Below are positions 29,401 through 39,069 of a stretch of DNA of 56,429 nucleotides, piece after piece. Source of the stretch: a virus. Taxonomy: Duplodnaviria > Caudoviricetes. A model generated the notes under the pieces. It was given only the letters and a program-made list of their open reading frames with translations, was not told the DNA's origin and ran no database searches. Within the stretch, counting starts at the first letter, position 1. Each line of letters begins with the position of its first letter. Made by a program: the position numbers and the translations under genes. Location of the stretch: positions 1 to 56,429 of the IMG/VR virus record IMGVR_UViG_3300013020_000002, one strand, 5' to 3'.

Positions 29401-30082
29401 CAGTTTTATTCATTACAGATTTCATAAAATCATCGTCAATTCTAACTGAAACATTTGCACCAGTTACTTTACCTTTAGTCAATTTAGCATCAATGAAATC
29501 TTCTGAATCAGGATGTTTAATTGAAATACTTTCCATTAAAGCACCCCTTCTACCATCTTGTGCTACTTCTTTGGTTGAATTTGAAAATCGTTCCATGAAT
29601 GGAACAACACCAGTAGATGTAATAGCTGAATTTTTAACTGGTGATCCTTTAGGTCTAACAAAACTTAAATCCAAACCAACACCACCACGTCTTTTTTCTA
29701 ATTGAACAGTTTCTTGATCTAATTTCATAATACCACCATAACTATCACTATCAGTTTCATTCCCAATTACAAAACAGTTTGATAATGAAACAACCTGAAA
29801 ATCGTTGCCAATTCCAGACATTGGTGAACCTTGAGGTATAATCCTTTTAAAATTTTTCAATGTTGAATAAATATATTCAACTGATAAAGCATTTGGGTAT
29901 TTTGCTTCAATTCTTGCGATTTCTCTTGCCAATCGCCAATGCATTTCATCTGGATTTAACTCATATAAATCATCTCCATTCTTTAGACAATATTTTCTAA
30001 TCCACACATCGGTAGCCATTGTATCACCATTAAAATATTCTAATGTTGATTTTTCAACATCCTTTCTATCAATTTTAACCAT
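26426..30082 (-). CDS. nrdJ: Class II (adenosylcobalamin-dependent) ribonucleotide reductase with intein
   Basis: SLSNCFV, AQDGRRGALM, TNP|intein|CGEI, TIAPVGTTS, KGITVYRDGSR, C-terminal CxxC...EGCLICQNCGWSKC; no beta-subunit gene nearby. Confidence 0.9.
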   Translation of the reverse strand: MVKIDRKDVEKSTLEYFNGDTMATDVWIRKYCLKNGDDLYELNPDEMHWRLAREIARIEAKYPNALSVEYIYSTLKNFKRIIPQGSPMSGIGNDFQVVSLSNCFVIGNETDSDSYGGIMKLDQETVQLEKRRGGVGLDLSFVRPKGSPVKNSAITSTGVVPFMERFSNSTKEVAQDGRRGALMESISIKHPDSEDFIDAKLTKGKVTGANVSVRIDDDFMKSVMNKTDYVQKFPIKSSFNYNIQDLKYNENIQIKDDNNDVLGFIRKVDAEKIWKKIIHNAWKSAEPGILFWDKVLSESIPDCYADLGFETKSTNPCVSYDTPILTDKGYKEIGGLVGSKVNVWNGKEFSEVEPMITGEDQPMLKIAFSDGSELKCTDYHGFYTWEGYSRDGNVVKKEAKDLNVGDKLEKYDFPVLDYQIGESFKLDSNNFDMDFARSNNFINEKSWYTLGFYAGDGTLHRKKEHMIHLYGEKRELLEYFNYTNNPSNNEEVDRTTIRADFSQILLSINNEEYKKYVPKFDDSTLQKTLYWLAGIIDSDGSRNSSEGSISISSIDRDFLLKIKLNVLNTLGVNGSVIDEKEGGLKEIKGIEYNTNKSYRLIINASNVKKLYNLGLRTHRVKIDDINPNRDASRFITVKSIERIENADKVYCFTDPKRGRGCFNGVVTANCGEITLCPYDSCRLLVVNLYGYVVNPFTKDAYFNWDLFTSDVRTAQRYMDNIIDLEIEKIDKIIEKIDSDPEDEFIKMYERNLWEKIKEKAILGRRTGLGITAEGDMLASLGFIYGTDKATDFSESVHEKLKIEAYRSSVELAKERGAFPIYDSEREIGNPFIQRIKDVDPQLYEDMVKYGRRNIALLTIAPVGTTSIMSQTTSGIEPVFLPVYKRRRKINTQEKNVKVDFVDDEGQGWVEYTVFHHKFKTWLEVNGYNVDEVEKYTQEELDMVVQKSPYYKATSNDVDWVKKVEMQGRIQQHIDHSISVTVNLPSDVTEETVSKVYETGWRSGCKGITVYRDGSRSGVLISNDKKEEKQTVIVNDAPKRPKRLKGEIHRFNNNYEKWIAVIGIYEGKPYELFTGKLENGLKNLPVSVKDCEIVQKIISNENGGKFKRYDMEYVDGSGEKHVYEGLNFKFNPEFWNYAKLISGILRHGMPTVSAYKLIESLSFREENINTWKNGVVRAIKKYIKDGEKTKGQCLNCGADDFAFQEGCLICQNCGWSKCS
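28076..29134 (-). mobile_element. Cis intein (353 aa) with LAGLIDADG homing endonuclease in NrdJ
   Basis: CVSYDTPILT...CTDYH...LGFYAGDG...LAGIIDSDG...VYCFT...VVTAN|C at the thiyl-radical NPCGE motif. Confidence 0.92.
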
Positions 30083-30208
30083 ATAATATATTTTTTTTAT
30101 TTAATAATACCTCAAAAAAACAAGAGGGTGAAGATAAATATAATTCAAATAAATATTTTTTTTATAAAAAAAATAAAAAATTCATTACTTACTAATTGTT
30201 AATGGATA

Positions 30209-30242
30209 AAAAAACAACATATAAAAAATATGTTGTTTTTTT
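30209..30242. terminator. Intrinsic terminator-like hairpin
   Basis: aaaaaacaacatat-aaaaa-atatgttgtttttt. Confidence 0.6.
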
Positions 30243-30267
30243 ATTATAAAAATTTTTTATTCTATAT

Positions 30268-30459
30268 TTATGTTTTGTTTAAAATATTTTTCACTTTATT
30301 TCTAATAGAATTAACATCAACAAGATTCTTACTTTTATCTATTATTTTATCAGCAATAATTTCAACTATTGTTTGATCATCATTTTCTTTATAAGATTCT
30401 AACAATTCTGGAAAAATTGTTGAATATGCTTTTGTTACTTTATTTATTAATTCATCCAT
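30268..30459 (-). CDS. Small hypothetical protein
   Basis: 63-aa ORF. Confidence 0.55.
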   Translation of the reverse strand: MDELINKVTKAYSTIFPELLESYKENDDQTIVEIIADKIIDKSKNLVDVNSIRNKVKNILNKT

Positions 30460-30465
30460 AATATT

Positions 30466-30789
30466 TTATATTTCTAATATAATTTTATTATCGAAAACAT
30501 TTTGAATTTTATAATTTATATTGTTTTCGTTTGTCGTTTTAAAAAAAATAAATTTTTTAAATTCCCATTTTTTTTCATTTGTATTTAATTGTTCATCCTT
30601 AAATTCCAAATAATTAAAAATAAATTTTAGTTTATTTGTCAATTCAGGGTTTTTACCATTTATTGAACAAGTTTCAAACCATTGCTCATCATGTTCTAAA
30701 ATAAGTTTATAAAAAAACTTTTCAAAATCACAAGATTCAATAAATTTATCAAATTTATTGAATCTTTCCGTTGTAGCAAATATATCCAT
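30466..30789 (-). CDS. Hypothetical protein
   Basis: 107-aa ORF; GATATTTATA (30806-30815) and TTTG-N19-TATCTTTG (30834-30864) upstream. Confidence 0.6.
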   Translation of the reverse strand: MDIFATTERFNKFDKFIESCDFEKFFYKLILEHDEQWFETCSINGKNPELTNKLKFIFNYLEFKDEQLNTNEKKWEFKKFIFFKTTNENNINYKIQNVFDNKIILEI

Positions 30790-30914
30790 AATATTTATCT
30801 TTATATATAAATATCATTTTAATTGGTTTGGTACAAAGATATATTTATTTTTAAATATCTCAAAGATAAAAAATAAAATAGTATACTATTTATAGTTAAA
30901 AAAACACATCTGTT

Positions 30915-31343
30915 ATGTCTGATAGAAAAATTCAATTATTAAAAGAGATTAAAAACAGTATCAATAAAAGAAAAGAATATCTCTTAAACCAGTTACCAAT
31001 CATACATACTATTAACGATGGTATAGTTATTAGATTTTTTGATGATTGGAATGACTCTGAACATGAACGCATCAAATATATGGAAATAACAGATGAAACA
31101 TTGTTTAATGCAAAAGCAAATATAAAAACTTATTACTTTTTTTTACCAAAAGGCAGTATATTTGATGTTAGAAAACACAAATATATTGAAACTATGGTCT
31201 GTTTAGAAGGTAAAATTCAACTACACTATAATGATAAAACAAAAATATTGAATTCATTTAGTAGATTTGATATACCTGAAGATATGAAACATTATGGAAT
31301 AGCCATTGAAAATACATATATGTTGGTTACATCAAAGTTTTAA
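30915..31343 (+). CDS. Cupin-fold protein
   Basis: PKGSIFDVRKHKYIETMVCLEGKI...IPEDMKHYGIAIENT; ACTATTTATA at 30885-30894. Confidence 0.6.
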   Translation: MSDRKIQLLKEIKNSINKRKEYLLNQLPIIHTINDGIVIRFFDDWNDSEHERIKYMEITDETLFNAKANIKTYYFFLPKGSIFDVRKHKYIETMVCLEGKIQLHYNDKTKILNSFSRFDIPEDMKHYGIAIENTYMLVTSKF

Positions 31344-31345
31344 TA

Positions 31346-31558
31346 TTATTTTTTCCAAAACCCTTTAGGACATTTAGATTTTAAACTTCTTACTTTTGCT
31401 GGTATAAAACAACCACATTTTGAACATCTTTTATTTTTAGTGATATGTTCACAGTTCAAACAAGTAATCAATCTTTTTTTTGCGATTGATTCTACTTCTT
31501 CAGATTTAAACATATAATTTTTCCATCCAGATACTATTTCATCAAATTTTTCAATCAT
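31346..31558 (-). CDS. Small Cys-rich putative Zn-binding protein (DUF6171-like)
   Basis: RLITCLNCEH...RCSKCGCFIPAK...CPKGFW. Confidence 0.68.
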   Translation of the reverse strand: MIEKFDEIVSGWKNYMFKSEEVESIAKKRLITCLNCEHITKNKRCSKCGCFIPAKVRSLKSKCPKGFWKK

Positions 31559-32345
31559 TTTTATTTCTTTTTAATGTATATAATTTATATAATGCTTTTA
31601 TTAATCTTCTTTTAGTTTTATCATTTAATGTTTTATAACCAATAAAATTATCTCTAAAACCTTTTAATAATAACATAAAATCTTCTTCCCAATCCTGATC
31701 AGTAAAATTACTAACTGTTTCAGAATATTTAGCCCAAAATTCATGAGGAACATTTAAATATTGTATAAAATCTTCTTTTGTTTTTAAATTATTGTTTTTA
31801 AATTTTTTAAAAAAATCTTGTGTTTTTTTATGGTAAACAAATTTTCCATCTGTTCTATAATCATCGTATGCATGTTGTAATTCATGTACAAGACTAATTT
31901 TGTATACATCTATCAATATTTCTTCGGATATTTTAAAAATATCATCTTTATTATTAATTTTTAAAATATTATTTTTAAATTCTGTTAATGTTTCAGATAA
32001 ATCTTTTGAACGTCCATTTAATTTAATCAATGATTCACTTTTAATATATTGTGCATCATTATAACCCATATCTTCTTTTGTAAATTTAATATTCAGATCA
32101 AAGTTATTGATGAACTGTTTTAATTTATTATAATTATTAAAGTTAACAATATTTTTCAAATATTCTTTTTTATAATTAAAATAAACATCAGATTTAACAG
32201 AATCAAATTCATCTTTATTTTTAAATAAAAAATAAATTACATTAGCAAATATCTTGGATTTATTTTTTAATATATCTTTAGCTAACTTTTCTATTTCAAT
32301 TACATCGCTATAACCCTCACTTATATTATCTTTAAAATATCTCAT
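31551..32345 (-). CDS. Putative zincin-like metallopeptidase
   Basis: LVHELQHAYD...YLNVPHEFWA. Confidence 0.6.
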   Translation of the reverse strand: MRYFKDNISEGYSDVIEIEKLAKDILKNKSKIFANVIYFLFKNKDEFDSVKSDVYFNYKKEYLKNIVNFNNYNKLKQFINNFDLNIKFTKEDMGYNDAQYIKSESLIKLNGRSKDLSETLTEFKNNILKINNKDDIFKISEEILIDVYKISLVHELQHAYDDYRTDGKFVYHKKTQDFFKKFKNNNLKTKEDFIQYLNVPHEFWAKYSETVSNFTDQDWEEDFMLLLKGFRDNFIGYKTLNDKTKRRLIKALYKLYTLKRNKND

Positions 32346-32359
32346 AAATATACTATTAC

Positions 32360-34102
32360 TTAATCATTATATATTATCCTACCACCATCATTGATAATTA
32401 CATTATAAAATGAGTTGTTAAATATTTTCTTTGCATTATTTTTTATTTCATCATTCATTAAACTTCTATTATACAAACTAAGATTTTGCATTCTACCAAT
32501 AAAAGACGAATCGAAATATTTTTCAATATATAAATTATTTTTACTAATATCCTTATTTAAAATATTGGTATTCTCAACAATGAAATTTTTAAATTTAAAT
32601 ATGGAATTTTCTACAAATCCAATATTTGATTCTATAACAATTAAAGGGTAAAAGTATAAATTTTCACACGTTTTATCAACCCTAAATTCAAATTTTAATT
32701 CAAACCATTCAGGATTTATTCTTTTTGTTGAAAATTTTTGCTCTGAAAGAATTGTTAAGTTATCAAAATTTCCATCCACATCCAAATAAATGCTACCCAT
32801 ATCCATAAGTTTATCATATATATTTGCATTTATATAAACACTCATATATTGTATATGACCACCCAATAATTCTATTTGTTTATTATATTTAATTATTATT
32901 TTTTCACCATTTAAAATTTCTAATCCAACAGATTCATCTGATGGTAAATATAAATAATTTACATTTCCATCTACATCAAAATTATCATTTATATAAGTTA
33001 TATCATTATTATTATAAACATTTATTATGTTTTTATCATAATGAAATGAATGTTTTAAACCAAAACTACCACCACCCCATGATATATTATATGGAACACC
33101 AATTTGTTTTTCTTTGTGATTTTTTATCGGTTTTGTATAAAATTCATCAATATTTTTCAATGACCAAAATAATAATCCATTAATAAAAACGTTTAAATCA
33201 CCCTTTCTCATAGGATAACATTTAAATTTATTACCATCATAATTATTAAATGTTTCGTATGGTTTAAATACTACATCTATTAATTTCCAACCATTTGTTA
33301 AAATATTATCAGATTCATATTCCATTAAATCACCATTAATATTTATGGTTTTTATTTTAATGGTTTTATTTGGAGTTATCTCAAAAGAAATTACATTATT
33401 TTTTAAATTATCTATTTGTTCACTTGATATTTTTTCAATATGAAATTTATCTTCTTCATAATTTTTAAAATTATCACTTAATACACTTTCATCTATATAT
33501 GATGATAAATTGTTTTTTTCTGATGTTATTACACCCTCATATTCTTCATTATTTATATATGTTTCACCACTGAAATGAGGATTATATTTATCTTCACTCC
33601 TAGTACCCATATAATAAAATATACCGCTTGAAGTATCAGATATTTCAAGTAATGTTTCAATAGTAAAACCATTATTATATCTTGGTGGTAACAATTCGTA
33701 ATTATAACCCTCCAATTTAAAAAAGCCTTGAAAATATCCACCATTAAAATTCATATATGCACCAATATTTGGATCTTGAATTAAATCTGTTTCATATTGA
33801 GAATAATCTGTATTCCCTGTATAATCATTTTGTCCGACTGGATATAATTTTATATGATTATCGTTTTTATATAATGTATAACATTCCTCCATGCTAGAAG
33901 TTCTACCATTATCATACATTGTTAAACCATAATCAATTAAATTAATGTCGTCCGATACATTATTAAACCATTTTGATTCAATTAATAATGCACCCTCATT
34001 ATTAATATAATTCGAACTATTTAAAGTTGAATATTTCGATAAATCAAATTCAAATAATAATCCTTTTTTTGTTTTATTATTTTTTTTACAATAATTATAC
34101 AT
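32360..34102 (-). CDS. Putative virion structural protein (LamG/ConA-like beta-sandwich)
   Basis: FTIETLL, LNVFINGLL, FIGRMQNLSLYNRSLMNDEIKNN; ACTATTTATA upstream. Confidence 0.5.
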   Translation of the reverse strand: MYNYCKKNNKTKKGLLFEFDLSKYSTLNSSNYINNEGALLIESKWFNNVSDDINLIDYGLTMYDNGRTSSMEECYTLYKNDNHIKLYPVGQNDYTGNTDYSQYETDLIQDPNIGAYMNFNGGYFQGFFKLEGYNYELLPPRYNNGFTIETLLEISDTSSGIFYYMGTRSEDKYNPHFSGETYINNEEYEGVITSEKNNLSSYIDESVLSDNFKNYEEDKFHIEKISSEQIDNLKNNVISFEITPNKTIKIKTININGDLMEYESDNILTNGWKLIDVVFKPYETFNNYDGNKFKCYPMRKGDLNVFINGLLFWSLKNIDEFYTKPIKNHKEKQIGVPYNISWGGGSFGLKHSFHYDKNIINVYNNNDITYINDNFDVDGNVNYLYLPSDESVGLEILNGEKIIIKYNKQIELLGGHIQYMSVYINANIYDKLMDMGSIYLDVDGNFDNLTILSEQKFSTKRINPEWFELKFEFRVDKTCENLYFYPLIVIESNIGFVENSIFKFKNFIVENTNILNKDISKNNLYIEKYFDSSFIGRMQNLSLYNRSLMNDEIKNNAKKIFNNSFYNVIINDGGRIIYND

Positions 34103-34110
34103 ATAATATT

Positions 34111-34152
34111 TTTTATATAAATAGTTTAAAAGAGTTTACTATTTATATAAAA
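34111..34152. promoter_or_regulatory. Back-to-back ACTATTTATA motifs for divergent genes
   Basis: ttttatataaatagt...actatttatataaaa inverted repeat (34116-34125 minus; 34138-34147 plus). Confidence 0.7.
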
Positions 34153-34161
34153 AATATTATA

Positions 34162-34932
34162 ATGGATCATAATATAAAATATAAAAATTTTACAGATTTA
34201 ATAAAAGAAGCGATAAATCCTTCACAATTAGATGTTGATGTTTTAAAACAAAAAGAAATATTAAATCCTAAAATATGGGAGACTGATGAAAAAATAAAAG
34301 ACGAAGTTAGAAAATATATTTTATTAAATGCTTATCAATTTATTAAATTTTTAAAAATTGATAATTTAAGAATAAAAGATGTTACTTTAACAGGTAGTAT
34401 TGCAAACTATAATTGGAATGAGGATTCTGATATTGATATTCATATTTTAATGGATTTTTCACAAATTTCAAATAACCCAGATTTTGTAAGGGAGTTTTTC
34501 ATGACAAAAAAAGAACTTTGGAATGAAAAAGATATAAAAATAAAGAATTATGATGTTGAACTCTATGTTCAAGATGTTAATGAAGAACACACTTCTACTG
34601 GTGTATATTCTGTTTTAAAAAATGAATGGATTAGTAAACCTATTAAACAGATGATTACTATTGACGTTAATAACGTTAAACAAAAAACAATGGATTTTAT
34701 ACAGATTATTGAAAGTTTATCGCAAATAAAAGATCCAAATACTTTATTAACCTTAGTCAACAAGTTAAAAGATAAAATAAAAAAATATAGAAAAAGCGGT
34801 TTAAGTGAATTTGGTGAATATTCAACCGAAAATTTAGTCTTTAAATTATTAAGAAATTACGGTTATTTGGATATGTTAAGTAAATACAAAGAAGAAGTAA
34901 TAAAAAATAAATTAACTTTTGAAAATTATTAA
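34162..34932 (+). CDS. Pol-beta superfamily nucleotidyltransferase (start corrected to ATG 34162)
   Basis: TGSIANYNW...SDIDIHIL...VELYVQD...ENLVFKLLR; leader LIKEA. Confidence 0.75.
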   Translation: MDHNIKYKNFTDLIKEAINPSQLDVDVLKQKEILNPKIWETDEKIKDEVRKYILLNAYQFIKFLKIDNLRIKDVTLTGSIANYNWNEDSDIDIHILMDFSQISNNPDFVREFFMTKKELWNEKDIKIKNYDVELYVQDVNEEHTSTGVYSVLKNEWISKPIKQMITIDVNNVKQKTMDFIQIIESLSQIKDPNTLLTLVNKLKDKIKKYRKSGLSEFGEYSTENLVFKLLRNYGYLDMLSKYKEEVIKNKLTFENY

Positions 34933-34934
34933 TC

Positions 34935-36173
34935 ATGAAAAAATATTATATAACAGAAGAACAATATAAATATCTTACCACAAAAAAACAAACGGAAAAA
35001 ATATATAATGATATTGTAAATGAAATTAGAAAATATGATTTATATTTAAACGAATCTCACCAATTAAATGAAGCAGTTGTAGATGTTCTAAAAAAATATG
35101 CTAAAAAGGGTTTAATGACTACAGCATTAATATCATCATTATTGTCTAATAATATTGTTTCAGCTAATGATTTAATGTCTGCAGGTATACCCAAAGATAA
35201 AATAGAAAATGTTCAAGATGATAAATTTTCACATATGGAAATATTAAATGAACTAATAAAAATATTAAAAACACGAGGACATGAACGAGATGAACCTATG
35301 TTTGAAAAATTAGTTAGTTTGGATGACGATGCACAAAAAAAGATTACTAGTGAAATATCGAGTAGAATAAATGATCTAAGTGATATGTGGAAATATAAAT
35401 ATAATATTTTAACAACCGCAGATAAACAATTTGATACTGATAGACGTGATATATCACAAATAGATAAAGAAAAAATTGTTAAAGTTGATACATCTTTAGT
35501 TACAACAAATATTAAGGGTTTGGAGGAAACTTTTAAAAATAATTCCGCAGTAATATTAAAAAATGAAGAACTTAGAGATAGTTTGCAAAAAGTATTGAAT
35601 TGTTATTACAACGTTAATGAAATACTTATAAAAACATCATCAAATACTCTTAGAAATACAGGTGATTTTGAAAATGTTACTTGGGAAGAGGGATCTTTAT
35701 TGAGAGCAAATAATATTAAAGATATAATTTCTAAATTAGAATATTCATTGGGTTGTGAGAATCCCACAAAAAAAATAGACGATTCAATTATTAAAATTGA
35801 TGCTAGTGGTGAAAATGGTGATGGAACTAGTGGCCCTAAGTCACCATATGAAGTAGAAGATAAATATATTCAATATTACAAAAACAATAATATTGATGAA
35901 AAATATTGGAAATCTAATGCTAAAGAAAGTCCATTATCTAACATTAGTGAATATGAAAAATTTAATAATGTCGAAATATTCATAAACGGTCTAGTTCTTG
36001 AAGAAAATGAATACGTGTATAGAAATTTCAAATATTTACAAATGATTCAACTTGATACTGGTAAGAAAACATCTAAGAAAACAAAATTAAATTTATTTGG
36101 AGGTGGAAAACCAAATAAATATGATGGTGGTAAAGTGGGTGCTATTAAATGTTCCAATCCACAAAATTATTAA
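34935..36173 (+). CDS. Hypothetical protein with ITEEQ/LNES leader (candidate internal head protein)
   Basis: MKKYYITEEQY...LNESHQLNEA. Confidence 0.6.
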   Translation: MKKYYITEEQYKYLTTKKQTEKIYNDIVNEIRKYDLYLNESHQLNEAVVDVLKKYAKKGLMTTALISSLLSNNIVSANDLMSAGIPKDKIENVQDDKFSHMEILNELIKILKTRGHERDEPMFEKLVSLDDDAQKKITSEISSRINDLSDMWKYKYNILTTADKQFDTDRRDISQIDKEKIVKVDTSLVTTNIKGLEETFKNNSAVILKNEELRDSLQKVLNCYYNVNEILIKTSSNTLRNTGDFENVTWEEGSLLRANNIKDIISKLEYSLGCENPTKKIDDSIIKIDASGENGDGTSGPKSPYEVEDKYIQYYKNNNIDEKYWKSNAKESPLSNISEYEKFNNVEIFINGLVLEENEYVYRNFKYLQMIQLDTGKKTSKKTKLNLFGGGKPNKYDGGKVGAIKCSNPQNY

Positions 36174-36655
36174 TATGTTGTTATGTGTAAATAATTCAAT
36201 CTTCTTTTTTTACCACTAATATTTTTTATTTTATAACAAATTTCAAAGCCAACTCTTTTTATAGAGTTGGCATGATTAAAACTATAAGTTGTTTGATACG
36301 GTTTTTTTGTTTTATTATCTATGAAATGAGCATTTACAAATATATAATCATTTATATTATTTAAATCTTCTTCCGAATAAATTCTTTTATTTATTTTTTT
36401 TAAAGTTTTTTGATTAAATTCGTTAATAATTGTATCATTTGTATTTATAGATACAATTAAGTATTCCAATACAATATTCCTATCTTTATTTCTATTATTT
36501 GTTTCAACTTTAATAGATTCACCAATTTTATTTTTAAACTTTAAACTGATTATTAAATCCCTGTTTTCTTTATAGTTTGTTGCGTTGTTCTGACCATAAG
36601 ACGGAACAATTAATACAACCAATAGAAACAACATCATCTTTTTCATCTCACACAT
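36170..36655 (-). CDS. Putative secreted protein
   Basis: MKKMMLFLLVVLIVPSYGQ signal peptide; minus TTTG-N21-TATATTTG at 36675-36707. Confidence 0.6.
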   Translation of the reverse strand: MCEMKKMMLFLLVVLIVPSYGQNNATNYKENRDLIISLKFKNKIGESIKVETNNRNKDRNIVLEYLIVSINTNDTIINEFNQKTLKKINKRIYSEEDLNNINDYIFVNAHFIDNKTKKPYQTTYSFNHANSIKRVGFEICYKIKNISGKKRRLNYLHITTY

Positions 36656-36815
36656 ATTTTTATTATTAATATTGCAAATATATTATATTTTCTAAATATC
36701 AAACAAAAAAAAATATTAAAAAACTTTAATTAATAACAAATTAACACTATTTATATAAAAAGTTCATAATTTGACTATTTATATAAAATAATAATAATAA
36801 ATAAAAATTTATAAA

Positions 36816-38618
36816 ATGAAAAATAACAAATCTTTAGAAACTTATTTTGGTAGAATGAGAGAATTGTCCGATATAAAGGGTGATAAAAAACAACATACAA
36901 ATCTAAACACCACCCTTGTTGAACATGCGAAAACAAATGATGGTACTGTTTTAGGTATTGTTAAAGATGCTCATCATTATTATATTAAAAAAACAACATC
37001 ACAAGATGCAAATTTAACAGAATCTCATTTTGCATTTATAGGTGGGTTAGAAAATAAGAATGAACATAGGTTTGATAGTTTAGGGGATGCTCAAAAACAA
37101 TTAAATTTATACATTAAATCAATTAACGAGAATTTTTCTAAAAATAAAAAAATTTCTGAATCAAAAAAACAAGTTTTATCAGAAGATAAGAAATTGAATG
37201 ATCCTAATTCTTGGATTCGTTCAATGATTTCAGAAGGAAAAAATCAGGAAAAAATTGATAAATTTAATAGATTTAAAGAATCAATGAATTTAAATGAGTC
37301 TAAAGATATTAATGAAGATGATGAAATCGAAGATAATTTGGAAAACACTTCGGATGCTTTGGAAGATTTGAGTGATGAAATTAAATCTGATGAAACAGAA
37401 GATGTAGTTAAATCTGATGAAGTGGAGGACGAAGTTATTTCTGATGATGGTGATGAAACACCTTCGGAAGAATCTGATGGGGAAGAATCTGAAGAAACAC
37501 CAAAAAAAACTGATGGTGAGGAAGAATTTGATGCTGAAAAAACTGATGGTGAAGATTTAGATTTAGATGATTTAGACCTTGAAGATGGAGAAGAAACAGA
37601 AGAAACTGATGGTGAAGAAGAAAATCTGGATTTAGATGTTGATAAAGGTGAGGAAGAAGAATTATCAGATGAAGATTCGTCTGATGAGGGTAAAGATACC
37701 GAAATTAAAGAAATGGAAAAACTTATTGGTAAATTAACACATAAAGTTAGAAATTCTGATTTAACGCCTGAACAAACAAAATCATTTATGAATTCATTGT
37801 TAAGTTCTTTTGAAACAGAGATCTCTGACTTGAAAGATCATGTAAAAAAAGAAATGGCTGATAAAATTCTAAAATCTAAAGAGGATGAAGAAGGTGAAAT
37901 TTCAGAAGAAGATGAGTTTTCTAATGAATTAGATTCTGAAACCGAAGAAAGTTGTGACGAATGTGGTGGTTTTAATAATTATATTTCTGAGAGAGGATAT
38001 GATGACGTTGAAAATGTTACACCTATGGAAATTGCCAATGTTATTTCTGGTTTTATTGATAGTAAAGAAGAATTATCTGATGAGGATTTAAATGAAGTTG
38101 CTAAATATTGTACAGAAGAGGTTGTTGGTGAATTGGGTGAATATGGATATGTTGACGAAATGAATAAATTAGAACCATATATTAAACAAATTAATGAGGA
38201 AGATGGAATGATGAAATTTGGTGGTGTTCAAGCTGATTTTGATCCTGATGATACTGATGTTGAATTAAAAGAAGAAGAAAATATGGAGGGTGATTTGGGT
38301 GATACAGTAGACGATGTTATTGATGATATTGCTGATGATTCTGTCACACCACAATCACCTCAAGAGATGCCAGCACCAGCAGAAACTATGGGAGTTGGTA
38401 GTCCATCTACAAGTACATTAAACATTAATGCTAAAACTGGTGATGCAACTTTAACTATTAATGAAGAAAAAGAAAGGAAAATTAGAAAGTATATTCGTAA
38501 TAGAATTGAAGAAAAAATGTCTAATAAAAAACCATCTTTGAATGAGAGTAAAAAATCAAACAAAATGAAAAAATTAGATTCTTTGATCGATAAAACATTG
38601 TTGAAATTAACAAAATAA
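36816..38618 (+). CDS. Highly acidic putative prohead core/internal protein
   Basis: Asp/Glu-rich; many (I/L)xE motifs; two tandem ACTATTTATA motifs (36746, 36774) upstream. Confidence 0.6.
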   Translation: MKNNKSLETYFGRMRELSDIKGDKKQHTNLNTTLVEHAKTNDGTVLGIVKDAHHYYIKKTTSQDANLTESHFAFIGGLENKNEHRFDSLGDAQKQLNLYIKSINENFSKNKKISESKKQVLSEDKKLNDPNSWIRSMISEGKNQEKIDKFNRFKESMNLNESKDINEDDEIEDNLENTSDALEDLSDEIKSDETEDVVKSDEVEDEVISDDGDETPSEESDGEESEETPKKTDGEEEFDAEKTDGEDLDLDDLDLEDGEETEETDGEEENLDLDVDKGEEEELSDEDSSDEGKDTEIKEMEKLIGKLTHKVRNSDLTPEQTKSFMNSLLSSFETEISDLKDHVKKEMADKILKSKEDEEGEISEEDEFSNELDSETEESCDECGGFNNYISERGYDDVENVTPMEIANVISGFIDSKEELSDEDLNEVAKYCTEEVVGELGEYGYVDEMNKLEPYIKQINEEDGMMKFGGVQADFDPDDTDVELKEEENMEGDLGDTVDDVIDDIADDSVTPQSPQEMPAPAETMGVGSPSTSTLNINAKTGDATLTINEEKERKIRKYIRNRIEEKMSNKKPSLNESKKSNKMKKLDSLIDKTLLKLTK

Positions 38619-38621
38619 TTT

Positions 38622-39044
38622 ATGTGTGAAAAAGATGATTTAAAATTAATATACGTATTAAAAGTAGGTCAAAACACTAAAAAAGAGAATATTTTCGAAT
38701 TTATATTTTCTAAAGATGAATCAAATATTGATTATAAAAAATGGGGTTGGGATGTTCACCCAGCATGTGATAATGCCAACCCCCCATCAGAAGATTATAT
38801 TGATGAGATTGTCACAATAAAAACAGACGAATTTGATTTATTTTGCTTACATGATGCTACTGATAGAGAATATTTACATGGGTATTACAATATTCACGCA
38901 TTAGCATATGAATGGGAGGATGAAGAAAATATGGATTTATACCCTAGTTTGGAGGATGATATTGAACCAATATTGGTGTTTTTATATGGTATGTCTTTTA
39001 ATGTTGTTAAAGACTTATTATATAGTAGAAATATAAGAATATAA
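38622..39044 (+). CDS. Hypothetical protein
   Basis: 140-aa ORF in head-region operon. Confidence 0.62.
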   Translation: MCEKDDLKLIYVLKVGQNTKKENIFEFIFSKDESNIDYKKWGWDVHPACDNANPPSEDYIDEIVTIKTDEFDLFCLHDATDREYLHGYYNIHALAYEWEDEENMDLYPSLEDDIEPILVFLYGMSFNVVKDLLYSRNIRI

Positions 39045-39069
39045 ATAAAAGTAAAAAAAGATATAAACA

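Noticed and set aside
30083-30267. Cobalamin riboswitch or ncRNA upstream of nrdJ
   Set aside because: Extremely AT-rich with no B12-box; only a terminator-like hairpin is visible
34027-34161. N-terminal extension of the NTase in the ORF track
   Set aside because: Overlaps the divergent gene and both promoter motifs; ATG 34162 is the plausible start
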